Positions 9,292 to 18,507 of a stretch of 51,512 nt of DNA are shown here, in pieces (within the stretch, counting starts at the first letter, position 1; each line of letters starts with the position of its first letter). This DNA comes from Pseudomonadota bacterium (GTDB lineage: Bacteria; Bdellovibrionota_B; Oligoflexia; Oligoflexales; RGVZ01). The DNA lies in contig JBEGVZ010000112.1 of NCBI GenBank assembly GCA_041178085.1, positions 1 to 51,512 on the forward strand, in the 5' to 3' direction. Below the pieces are notes generated by a model. The model ran no database searches and was not told the origin of the DNA. It saw nothing but the letters and a program-made list of their open reading frames with translations. The position numbers and the translations under genes are program-made.

Positions 9292-10615
9292 TTCGCTGTT
9301 CTTTCCCTGGAGTCGACTTGACGATGTACGAATCGAGCCTTGCCAGGGCGGACTGAGGACCCCGGACCTCGAACCTGGCCACGCCCTCGGTCGAGTAGTC
9401 CGTAGAAAGTACCATGCAGGATTTGAACATCAAGCGAATCGCGCCCAGGTCCGAAGCAGGGACCGCCAATTCAGCGGTCAGGAAGTTGTCCGAGAAAATC
9501 CCGTAAACGTGCTCCCGCAACCGGATGATGTCTTCTTCCTTCAAGGCACTGATGGCGATGCTGCGAGGATGCGCACCACGCATGACCCTGGGCAGGAATT
9601 TGTCCTCCACCTGGTCAATCTTGTTGAACACAGTGATGACCGGGACGTTCTCTGCACCGATTTCAGCCAACACCTGGCGCGTTGTGTCGATGTGTGACTG
9701 ATAGTTCGGGTGAGCCAGATCCACTACATGGAGCAACAAGTCGGCCTCAAGCACCTCATCCAGCGTTGACTTGAAAGATTCGACCAGACTGTGGGGCAGG
9801 TTGCGGATGAAGCCGACCGTGTCACTTAGCAGGATGCGCGGCCTGGTCGCCGGGTCAAGGACCTTGACGTTGGCGTCGAGCGTGACGAACAGAGCGTCCT
9901 TGGCCTGAAGGCGCGCATGGGTCAGTGCATTCATCACTGTGGTCTTGCCGCTATTGGTATAGCCGACGAGCGCCACCTTGAGTTCATTGCGGCGGGATTT
10001 ACGCTGCGTCGCCTTTTCGCGCGCGATGACCGCAAGCTGGGTTTTCAAGCGCGCGATCTTCTCGCGGGCCCTGCGCCGGTCGACTTCAATCTGCTTTTCC
10101 CCCATGCCGCGCGATGCCACGCCGCCACCACGCTGCCGGTGCAAGTGGGTCCATGCGCCAGAAAGGCGTGGCAAAAGGTATTCCAGGCGGGCGATTTCAA
10201 CCTGAGTCTTGGCTTCATTGGTGCGGGCATGTCGGGCGAATATTTCCAGAATGACCCCGGCACGGTCCATCACGTGGCAGCCGGTCACTTCCTCGATATT
10301 GCGGGCCTGCGGAGGTGACAACGCACGGTCCACCACGATCAACCTGGAACCGCTCACACTGGCAAGTGCCTTTAGCTCTTCCACCTTGCCAGTGCCGAGC
10401 ATGCAGCGCGGGCTGGGCTTGCCACGTTTCTGAACCACGCGGGCAGCAACCTTCACGCCAAGCGTCGCCATGAGCGCTGCCAGCTCGTCAAGGTCCTCAG
10501 AAACGGTTTGCGGGTTGTCTTCGGGCAGTTGCACACCGACGATGATCGCCGGACTTGCCTTGCCCGTCTGTGAATCAAACTGCGGGATGAGAGAGAAAGC
10601 CTGGTTGTTTTGCAC
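9269..10615 (-). CDS. hflX: Ribosome-splitting GTPase HflX
   Basis: ILEIFARHART.EAK.QVE.A.L.Y.LPRL, GYTNSGKTT, LFVTLD, DTVGFI, NKID. GTG start. Confidence 0.96.
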   Translation of the reverse strand: MQNNQAFSLIPQFDSQTGKASPAIIVGVQLPEDNPQTVSEDLDELAALMATLGVKVAARVVQKRGKPSPRCMLGTGKVEELKALASVSGSRLIVVDRALSPPQARNIEEVTGCHVMDRAGVILEIFARHARTNEAKTQVEIARLEYLLPRLSGAWTHLHRQRGGGVASRGMGEKQIEVDRRRAREKIARLKTQLAVIAREKATQRKSRRNELKVALVGYTNSGKTTVMNALTHARLQAKDALFVTLDANVKVLDPATRPRILLSDTVGFIRNLPHSLVESFKSTLDEVLEADLLLHVVDLAHPNYQSHIDTTRQVLAEIGAENVPVITVFNKIDQVEDKFLPRVMRGAHPRSIAISALKEEDIIRLREHVYGIFSDNFLTAELAVPASDLGAIRLMFKSCMVLSTDYSTEGVARFEVRGPQSALARLDSYIVKSTPGKEQRNAIVRKV

Positions 10616-10760
10616 TCTGGGTCAAAACCTCCTGAAAAAAGTTTGTCTTCTTCCCCTGTAGAGAAGAACGGCAACTCCACAGGAAAAGTTTACCATTCCA
10701 GAGCCTCCGCCAAGAAATTTTCGGGAGTTCCGGCAGAATATCTTGAAAAACACATTGATT

Positions 10761-10994
10761 TCATCTTGTTACGGATTTTCCAGGGATTCGGGGCGGGGCC
10801 TGAAGCGCGGCACCCGTCAGGCGATCACCAGCAGCCTTCAGCTCACGGGAGGCAAGCAAAAGGTTGAACAGGTCGTCCGTCATGTCCTGAAACGCGGCCT
10901 CGGTCAGCACATAGCCAAACTTGGAAGTCTGGGCGTGGTTGCGGATGATTTCCTCAATGGCCACCCTGGTCACGGACTCAAACAGACCTGCCAT
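10761..10994 (-). CDS. Small 77-aa hypothetical protein
   Basis: SD AGGAGG shortly upstream of ATG 10994. Sequence MAGLFESVTRVAIEEIIRNHAQTSKFGYVLTEAAFQDMTDDLFNLLLASRELKAAGDRL... is amphipathic-helical. This is the 3' part of the listed 10761..11303 ORF. Confidence 0.75.
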   Translation of the reverse strand: MAGLFESVTRVAIEEIIRNHAQTSKFGYVLTEAAFQDMTDDLFNLLLASRELKAAGDRLTGAALQAPPRIPGKSVTR

Positions 10995-11106
10995 TGCTGC
11001 CTCCTGAAGCATCTTTTTCCGGACGGACCAAAACAACCTTGGTTGCCGGGGTTGGAAAGGCCTGACGAATCCCGGCCCTGCCTCCATGATACCGCACCTT
11101 GGCAGA

Positions 11107-14100
11107 TCAAGCGACGTTCGTACCGGATCCACCAGCCGGAGTTTGGCCCCCTTGGCCACCCCCTGGCGCAGGACGTCCCTGCGCAAGCCGTTCGCCCCTC
11201 TGACGCATGAGGGCGACGTAATAGCGCGGCAGGGAGTCAACGGGCAGCCGCGCCGCAAGAACCTGATGTAACTCGGAAGACCGCTCGACCATGAACAATT
11301 CATCGAGGGGTTGTTCTCCCGACTGGCGGGACTGGCTAGAGTGAGGGCTGGTCAGGTGGACACCGTCAAGTCTGGACGTGTCATAGCTGACAATCAGAAG
11401 CTGCTGCTCCCCGAAAGTCGACTCCACGTCCCAGTAGCGCAGTTCGCTTCCGCCCGAGAGCGTCATGATGCTGTCATTGCCCGGAGTGACGCGATTCGTT
11501 CCGTTCAACACAACTGGCCTGGAAACTCCGAAATGTCCGCTGGCGACAGAGTTTCGGTTACGCATCACCAGCGAAAAACTCAGGTTGATCGATTCAAGGC
11601 GGCCAAATGATTTGTCGGAGAGCAGGAAACGCGCCAGCTCCGTACGAAGTTCAAACGGATCGATTTCAACGGATGGATCGGCCGTCTTGACGGAACGCAA
11701 AGCAAACAAATGGTGCCAGAGGCTTGAACCGAACTTGACCCGGACCTCTTCAGGGCCGGAGCAAGAAAGGTAAAACAAAACGTGACGGTCGTCCCCGAAG
11801 TTCAACCCCAGGTACCAGCCTGTCTCTCGCTGAGAACGGAAATTCCCGACATCCCAGCCGCGCAGCCATGATTGTTGCTCACAAAGGAAGGTGCCGCTGC
11901 GGTAGACGGCCCCACGCTGCCGTTTTTGCAAGGCAAAAGCAAGCTGCGCGCCCAACATGTCAAGGGCCTGCCTCACCGCAGAAGTGTCCTGCTGCACAAG
12001 TGCGCCGGTGTTTTCGATGAATACCACGCCAAGATTTTCCCCGTTCCATTGCAGCGGCACCACCGCACCAAGGATCGCTGCACCTTGCGATTTTTCATCC
12101 CCGCTGCCTCCCGCAGGCGTACCTTCGAACGTGCCGCCACTGGCCGTGTTGCCAGCCTTGAGCAATACCGGCGCGAGTGTCTTGATATCGTCCTCATCCT
12201 GACGGGTCTTGTGATCAACCGGAGTGTGGGAGCTGACGTGCCTTAGCCAGGGAGCATCGTGCAGCGGCAGGAACAAACTCGACCTGAGCTGCATGTAAGG
12301 ATTGAGGTAACCACTCACCAGTTGAATATCGGATTGGGGCGCTGCCTGACCCGGCGGTTCGATCACGGCCAGCTGCCGGTCCTGTCCCCGGCGCAGCAGA
12401 AAGACCCTGCATCCGCCGAAGCTTTTTGCAATCAAAGTAAGACACTCACGGATCTCCGAGGTCTCATCGAGGCGCCGCATGTCAAGCGAGGAAAGCAAAC
12501 GCAGGTGCGCCATTTCCAGTGGATGGATACGACCGACTGCCCAGGCGACACCACCGTTGTTGCGAGTAGCAGCAACCCGTGCAACCGATCGACCAAAGGA
12601 TCCTTGGGCGGCCCCTGCGCTGGAGGCCACGACATTCGTGACCGAAGGATCGTCGTTGGTCACAAGTTCCGACAATGCAGGTCCACCGGACTTGCTGATC
12701 GCGTCCTGGACGGCGCGAACGCCGCCCTTGCTGGCCAGCAGGGCCGCGCGCCGCAGATAATCAACCCTTGGCTTCAAGCCCATCCGTGCCAGCACGGAGC
12801 CGAACCAGAAATAACCGAGCAGCTGGACCAGGTTGTCACCCGCCAGCTTGGCCTGCCGCAGGCAACCATCGTAAAGCGACTTTGCACGTTTATAGTCGCC
12901 GCACAGTTCAGCAATGCGAGCCCGCAACAGCAAAGACACGTGATGTTCTGGCTCAGGAGAATCCCTGAGGGCTGCGTCGATGCGCCGCGCCAAAGCGGCA
13001 AATTCAGCTGGGGGCATGACATCCCGGCCAGCCTCACGCTTGAACAACACCGGAAACAGGAACACGAACATGCCCATGCAGTCTTTTTCGAACGGCCACA
13101 TGAACTCTGCACCAGGATCACTCGCGTAACGTTCCACCAGCCGGTGGAAGACACTGCGCGCTTTGTCCAGCTCACCACGTGCAAAGGAGACCATCACCGA
13201 AATCGCCATCGAAAAGCCATCGTCCAACCGCCCGCCATCCTCGCGCCTGCGTTTGAGGAAGCTCTCGGCGAAATTGACAATCTCGTCACGGGAATCCCGC
13301 AACAGGAAACCCATCGATGTGATCATCACCGCCCGGGCGCTGACTGGACTACGCAGGGCACGATATTCGGGAAGTTCAGAGCTGACCTGCTTCAGCCGTT
13401 TGAAGTTCAGCCGGTGTAATTCCCGGAACAACTGGAAGGTCATTGCAACACCGTGCGCAAGACGATCCTGGACCGGATTGAGGTTGCCAAGCACCATGCG
13501 CAAATGATCGCTCATCTCGTCATGCCGGGAACGCAAGTAGTCGCCCGTGATGACTCGCAACAAGCAACTATAAGCGTATTCCGCACGCAAACCAGAAGCC
13601 TTGGCCACATCCATGACCATGTCAAACGCGTGGAAAGAAGCGCGGAAGTAACCTGCATAAGCCAGCATGGCCGCCCTCTCAGCGACAAGGCGTATTGCCA
13701 GCTCCGGACTGACCGGGCCTTTGATGGCCTGCTCAAACGCCGCTTCATGCGCAAGCATGGACGCCTTGCGATTCCGGTATAGCAGCACGTGCGACGCATT
13801 TTGGTACAATTCAGCCGCCGCCAGGCTCATCTTGCCTGCGATCCCTGCAAGACCTGCCTGTGGAACGCCATCTTTGGAGGGTTTGAACGCACGTTTCATC
13901 ACCTGGAACAGTCGGTTGAAACGCCGGTCGACCACCACACCATCACGCATCAGCGAAAGCCTGGCCCGCAAACGGCTGATCCAGCTGTCATGCACACTGG
14001 CAAGCCCCTGGCGTTGCAGAGCGTCTTCGACAAGGCGCATCGATTCGCTGAATATACCGAGCGAAACATAGAAACGGATCACCTTGTTGGCCAGGGCAAC

Positions 14101-16767
14101 ACGCTGTGCGTCCGGCATGGTCATCGCAATCAATGCACGGTAGCGACGCGATGCTTCCTGCGTCTTCCGCTGCGCTGCAGCAAGGTCTGCAAGAGTCTCC
14201 TGAACCCGCAGCTGCTCCGCGATCTCGTACGTACCGTCGGGCGCGCGGGTCATCATGCCCTCAACCGCCGAAAAATAGGTTTCGGCCGTCTGCCAGGACT
14301 TCGATCGAAGGGCGGCCTCGCCGGCGCGCAAGTTGTAACGGATCACCTTCTGCAACAGGCTGCGCATGTCGCCGGCACCTGAGGAGACAGCATCGAAACC
14401 AGCGTCGAGCGAGCGATTGAAATGCTGCGCCAGCGCAAAGATGACCTTGTCGCCCGGGGCATCGACTGTGGCTTCAAGGCGCAACGCAGTCGCCAGGTGA
14501 AGTGCAGACCGGCGAGCCAGCGGGATTGTTCCGTAAATGTCTTCGCGGGCGCGGGAATGGATGAACGTGTAGGACTTGCCAAGGTTACGGGATTCACCGT
14601 CGATCGCCTCGCGAACGATGATGCCTTCCTCGACCGCCCTTTGCAGGGCCTGAACCAGGTTAGACCCATTTGCCAGTCCACCTTCAGCAACGTGACGCAA
14701 GGTCTCGAACTGAAAGCTCATTCCCGCTACAGCGGCGGCTTCTAAAATGCGCCGGTCCGCCTCCTGGAATTCCTGGAGGCGTCCCAGCACGAGGTCCACC
14801 GAATCTACTTTTGGCGGATGCATCGCCAACTTCTGGATATCCACCGTCCAATGTCCACCCCGCCCCTGGCGCAAATGATCGTTGGCAACGAGTACGCGGA
14901 GCAGTTCCGACACGTGCAGGAGGTTGCCGCCAGTGCGCGAGAAAATCCAATCGCAGAACTGCGACTCGGCCACTGGATTGCCCAGGAATGAATTGCCAAG
15001 CGTTGCTTCAATCAGCGGGGATATCGCTACACGGCCAAGCGGCGCGACATCAAACTCGACATAGCGACGTTTCAAACGCGAGAAACGCTCCAGGAAACGG
15101 GCGACTTCACTGCCGGGCATGACGCTACCAGACCGCACCGAAACGATGAGCAGAAATTTTTGAGAGTTGGCGTTTGAGAAAAACTGATCAATCAACCGCA
15201 CGCTCTTGTCGTCTGCCCATTGAAGATCGTCAAAAATAAACACGAAAGGAGTTGAATCCGATGCAAGGCAACGCGTGAAATCGCTGAACACCTTGGCGAA
15301 CGCCTTGAATCCCTCTTCGTCAGGACCGAACATTACTTCCGGTTCCGGGATATCCCCGACAAACGGGCGCAATCCAGGCACAACCTGGGCGACCTGGTGC
15401 GCCAGCGGGCCAAGCAGTGTCTTGACCTTCTCGTGAAACTCACTCGCCTCTGACGACTGCGAACGGGACAGGCGAAGCAAATATTCATTGAATGCGTTGG
15501 CCAGGGCATTGAATGGCAATGCCGACTCGTGGCTGGAGAAGCGCCCCGACACAAAGCGGATCTGCCGGCGGACAAGATCATCCCTGAATTCACCGATCAA
15601 TCGTGACTTCCCGGCGCCGGCGGGACCGCGCACGACGGTGAGCCGGCTGCGCCCTTGTGCGCTTGCCACAGCCTCATAACTTTGCAGCAGATTTGCCATC
15701 TCCTGGGTCCTGCCACTGAAGACCATCGGCCGCGACAGCAGGCCGATCTGGTCAAATCGACCCAGCTGGAAGGAATCGGTGTTAAGCACTCCACGATCGT
15801 GCAGAGCCTGAGCCCGCATCAAGTCTGCCTGCAATCCGAAGGCTGACTGGTAGCGCTGGTCGGGATGCTTGGACAGCAGCCTGTGCACAATTGCCTCGAC
15901 GTAAGCTGGCACGTCTGGACAACGGGTACTCAGTGGTTCGGGGGTTGCGAATGCATGCAGCTTCTCGAGTTTCTCGCGGGAATCGGCCGAGAACGGGGTG
16001 TGGCCGCTAAGCGCCTCGTAGAGGACGCAGCCCAGCGAATAGAGGTCGACGCGGTGGTCAACCTGGGCGTCAATCATCCGTGTCAATTCTGGGGCCATGT
16101 AAAGCGGGGTACCGGCTGCCTCATCCAGAACCCGCTTGTTTCCCGATTGATCCTTGCCCGTAAACAAAACAGCCTCAGACAAGCTGGCGATCCCGAAATC
16201 CAGGACTTTGACCCGGACTTCCCTGGAATCACCAAATGGCCGGTCAACGATGATGTTCTGCGGCTTGATGTCACGGTGAACGATGTTCTTCCTGTGCGTG
16301 TAGTCGAGGGCCTGGGCAACCTGGATCCCAAGCTGGAAAAAGAAGCGCAGGCTCTGACGACCATTGCGCCCAACAATCTCCTTGAGGTTGCGCCCACTGG
16401 CTCGCTCCATGACAATGTAATAGCCGCCCGGGCTGCCACCTGAGTCACCTGGATCGCCTGCTTCATTGCCTTCGCGGGCACGGGCAAACGCCCCGGCCTC
16501 GGCATCCATCAGCCCAAGTTCAAGGAACGAAATGATGTTTGGATGATGCAAGCGGCTCATCAAGGCCGCCTCTTTCTGGAAACGCATCAGGACATCAGGG
16601 CCCATCCGCTTGTTCTGGCGGATGATCTTGATCGCGACCTCGCGTGAGGGGTCTTCGAACGGAATGGCGCCAAGGACCAGGCCCATTCCGCCAGACCCGA
16701 TCGTCCCGGTGATCAGGTAGCGATCCGCCACCCGGGCACCGATCATCTTTTTCTGGAAATCATCCAA
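11107..16767 (-). CDS. Large signalling protein: Hanks-type Ser/Thr kinase + STAND/AAA_16 ATPase + helical/TPR region + GAF-like + degenerate PP2C/SpoIIE-like C-terminus
   Basis: Kinase motifs IGSGGMG, VAIK, HRDIKPQN, DFG, GTPLYMAPE, DLYSLG. ATPase motifs FSGR, GPAGAGKS (Walker A), FIFDDLQWAD (Walker B), GGNLL. GAF-like VVPLQWNGENLGVVFIEN. Confidence 0.9.
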   Translation of the reverse strand: MDDFQKKMIGARVADRYLITGTIGSGGMGLVLGAIPFEDPSREVAIKIIRQNKRMGPDVLMRFQKEAALMSRLHHPNIISFLELGLMDAEAGAFARAREGNEAGDPGDSGGSPGGYYIVMERASGRNLKEIVGRNGRQSLRFFFQLGIQVAQALDYTHRKNIVHRDIKPQNIIVDRPFGDSREVRVKVLDFGIASLSEAVLFTGKDQSGNKRVLDEAAGTPLYMAPELTRMIDAQVDHRVDLYSLGCVLYEALSGHTPFSADSREKLEKLHAFATPEPLSTRCPDVPAYVEAIVHRLLSKHPDQRYQSAFGLQADLMRAQALHDRGVLNTDSFQLGRFDQIGLLSRPMVFSGRTQEMANLLQSYEAVASAQGRSRLTVVRGPAGAGKSRLIGEFRDDLVRRQIRFVSGRFSSHESALPFNALANAFNEYLLRLSRSQSSEASEFHEKVKTLLGPLAHQVAQVVPGLRPFVGDIPEPEVMFGPDEEGFKAFAKVFSDFTRCLASDSTPFVFIFDDLQWADDKSVRLIDQFFSNANSQKFLLIVSVRSGSVMPGSEVARFLERFSRLKRRYVEFDVAPLGRVAISPLIEATLGNSFLGNPVAESQFCDWIFSRTGGNLLHVSELLRVLVANDHLRQGRGGHWTVDIQKLAMHPPKVDSVDLVLGRLQEFQEADRRILEAAAVAGMSFQFETLRHVAEGGLANGSNLVQALQRAVEEGIIVREAIDGESRNLGKSYTFIHSRAREDIYGTIPLARRSALHLATALRLEATVDAPGDKVIFALAQHFNRSLDAGFDAVSSGAGDMRSLLQKVIRYNLRAGEAALRSKSWQTAETYFSAVEGMMTRAPDGTYEIAEQLRVQETLADLAAAQRKTQEASRRYRALIAMTMPDAQRVALANKVIRFYVSLGIFSESMRLVEDALQRQGLASVHDSWISRLRARLSLMRDGVVVDRRFNRLFQVMKRAFKPSKDGVPQAGLAGIAGKMSLAAAELYQNASHVLLYRNRKASMLAHEAAFEQAIKGPVSPELAIRLVAERAAMLAYAGYFRASFHAFDMVMDVAKASGLRAEYAYSCLLRVITGDYLRSRHDEMSDHLRMVLGNLNPVQDRLAHGVAMTFQLFRELHRLNFKRLKQVSSELPEYRALRSPVSARAVMITSMGFLLRDSRDEIVNFAESFLKRRREDGGRLDDGFSMAISVMVSFARGELDKARSVFHRLVERYASDPGAEFMWPFEKDCMGMFVFLFPVLFKREAGRDVMPPAEFAALARRIDAALRDSPEPEHHVSLLLRARIAELCGDYKRAKSLYDGCLRQAKLAGDNLVQLLGYFWFGSVLARMGLKPRVDYLRRAALLASKGGVRAVQDAISKSGGPALSELVTNDDPSVTNVVASSAGAAQGSFGRSVARVAATRNNGGVAWAVGRIHPLEMAHLRLLSSLDMRRLDETSEIRECLTLIAKSFGGCRVFLLRRGQDRQLAVIEPPGQAAPQSDIQLVSGYLNPYMQLRSSLFLPLHDAPWLRHVSSHTPVDHKTRQDEDDIKTLAPVLLKAGNTASGGTFEGTPAGGSGDEKSQGAAILGAVVPLQWNGENLGVVFIENTGALVQQDTSAVRQALDMLGAQLAFALQKRQRGAVYRSGTFLCEQQSWLRGWDVGNFRSQRETGWYLGLNFGDDRHVLFYLSCSGPEEVRVKFGSSLWHHLFALRSVKTADPSVEIDPFELRTELARFLLSDKSFGRLESINLSFSLVMRNRNSVASGHFGVSRPVVLNGTNRVTPGNDSIMTLSGGSELRYWDVESTFGEQQLLIVSYDTSRLDGVHLTSPHSSQSRQSGEQPLDELFMVERSSELHQVLAARLPVDSLPRYYVALMRQRGERLAQGRPAPGGGQGGQTPAGGSGTNVA

Positions 16768-16992
16768 AACCTTCCGCTCCCTGGACGTGCCTTGCTCATG
16801 GCCAACCCGCCGGTTACACGGGGGAATCGGCCAAACATTTGAAAGCTTGACAAAAAATTCTTCCAGGCCAGGCAGAACACAGCCAAGATGCTGATTTTTA
16901 ATTGTTTTCTGCAGGCAAAAAGGGAAAGATCAAAGATTGATCGCGACTGGCGACAGCAGCAATCCCGAACCTTTTCCAGCACAGGCGACCCC

Positions 16993-18498
16993 ATGGACTC
17001 CTTGATGGCCCAACAATCCCTGCAAACCCAACAGGCCAGCGCCCTGTCTGAATTCCGCCACACCACAACCGGAGTCCGGCACACCAAAATCGTCGGCACT
17101 TTGGGCCCATCGTCCTCCGACGAGGAAACCCTGCGTGGCCTGATCCGGGCCGGACTTAACGTGGCCCGCCTGAATTTCTCCCACGGCGACCACGAAACCC
17201 ACAGAAAGAACGTCGAACTTGTGCGCAGGATCTCCCGCGAAGAAGGACGCACTGTCGCCATCCTGCAAGACCTGCAAGGACCCAAGATCAGGTGCGGCAA
17301 GCTTATGGGCGGAAGCATGCAGATAGAGAAGGGCAAGAAATATACGCTTGCCTTTGGGGCGGAACAGGTCACCCCGGACATCATCCCTGTGGACTATCGC
17401 GACCTGGTGAAGGATGTCTCCACGGGCCAGCGCGTCATGATGGACGATGGGCTCCTCGTCTTCCAGATCGAGTCAATCCAGGGCAACAACGTGGTCGTCA
17501 CTGCCGTTGAAGGCGGGCTGCTGAAAAGCCGAAAGGGTGTCAATTTCCCGGACTCGCTTCTTTCACTACCGGCGATGACAGAGAAAGACAGCCGTGACTT
17601 GTTGTTCGGTATCAGCGTCGGCGTTGACTTCATCGCGCTGTCGTTTGTCCAGTCAGAGGCCGACATCCACCAGATCAAAAAAATGATCAAGGCACTCGGC
17701 GCAGACATTCCGGTCATTGCCAAAATCGAGAAAATTTCTGCCATCAACGATATCCGGCAGATTGCCAGGGCGGCCGATGGTCTGATGGTGGCCCGCGGTG
17801 ACCTTGGTGTAGAAGCAAACGTGGAAAGGGTACCTGGTTTTCAGCGCAAGATTCTGGCAGCGGCCGCCGCAGAAGCCAAACCCGCCATCATCGCAACTCA
17901 GATGCTTGAATCCATGATCGAAAACCCGCGGGCCACGCTGGCCGAAGTTGCCGATGTTGCCAACGGTGTGCTCGATGGAGCGGATTGCCTGATGCTTTCA
18001 GGGGAAGTCGCCAGTGGCAAATATCCGGTTGAGTGTGTGCAGACCATGGCTGCAATCATCGACGAAGTCGAGCAATGGACTTTCCGCAAGCCGGTGCGCT
18101 ACGCGCTCGACATGGATGACGAAACCCGGCTGTGGGAGGACCACGAGGCCGTTGCCCGCGCTGCCTGTGAAGCCGCTGACGCAATCGAGGCAAAATTGAT
18201 CGTCTGCCTGACCCTGACCGGGTCCGTGGCGCGACTCATGGCCCGCTGGCGCCCCCGCACTCCGATCCTGGCGATCAGTCCGCGCAAGGATGTGGTCGAG
18301 AAACTGGCATTGGTCTGGGGGGTTTACGGTCTGCAGAGCCCGCTGTTTTACAACACGGATGTGCTTCTTGCGGATTTGCCAAATTTGCTCAAAAACCTGG
18401 GTCTGGTCAACCCAGGGGAGACCGTTGTGATCACAGCCGGCATCCCGATCAACCAGGTCCGGCCGACGAATATGGTGAAGATCAACCGGATTCCCTAA
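16993..18498 (+). CDS. pyk: Pyruvate kinase
   Basis: TKIVGTLGPSS, ARLNFSHG, DLQGPKIR, IAKIEK, MVARGDLG, ATQMLESM, MLSGE. Confidence 0.97.
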   Translation: MDSLMAQQSLQTQQASALSEFRHTTTGVRHTKIVGTLGPSSSDEETLRGLIRAGLNVARLNFSHGDHETHRKNVELVRRISREEGRTVAILQDLQGPKIRCGKLMGGSMQIEKGKKYTLAFGAEQVTPDIIPVDYRDLVKDVSTGQRVMMDDGLLVFQIESIQGNNVVVTAVEGGLLKSRKGVNFPDSLLSLPAMTEKDSRDLLFGISVGVDFIALSFVQSEADIHQIKKMIKALGADIPVIAKIEKISAINDIRQIARAADGLMVARGDLGVEANVERVPGFQRKILAAAAAEAKPAIIATQMLESMIENPRATLAEVADVANGVLDGADCLMLSGEVASGKYPVECVQTMAAIIDEVEQWTFRKPVRYALDMDDETRLWEDHEAVARAACEAADAIEAKLIVCLTLTGSVARLMARWRPRTPILAISPRKDVVEKLALVWGVYGLQSPLFYNTDVLLADLPNLLKNLGLVNPGETVVITAGIPINQVRPTNMVKINRIP

Positions 18499-18507
18499 AC
18501 TAGGGGT

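Noticed and set aside
10995..11303. 5' extension of the small gene (180-aa ORF)
   Set aside because: Overlaps the kinase 3' end; the SD supports ATG 10994.
12259..13419. Long antisense ORFs (also 667-1587, 40691-41674, 45626-46576)
   Set aside because: Shadows of well-supported genes on the opposite strand, expected in GC-rich DNA; no motifs.
11107..16767. STAND protein as an Avs/NLR-like anti-phage system
   Set aside because: The architecture fits the kinase-ATPase-GAF signalling family; the context is housekeeping with no defence or mobile genes.
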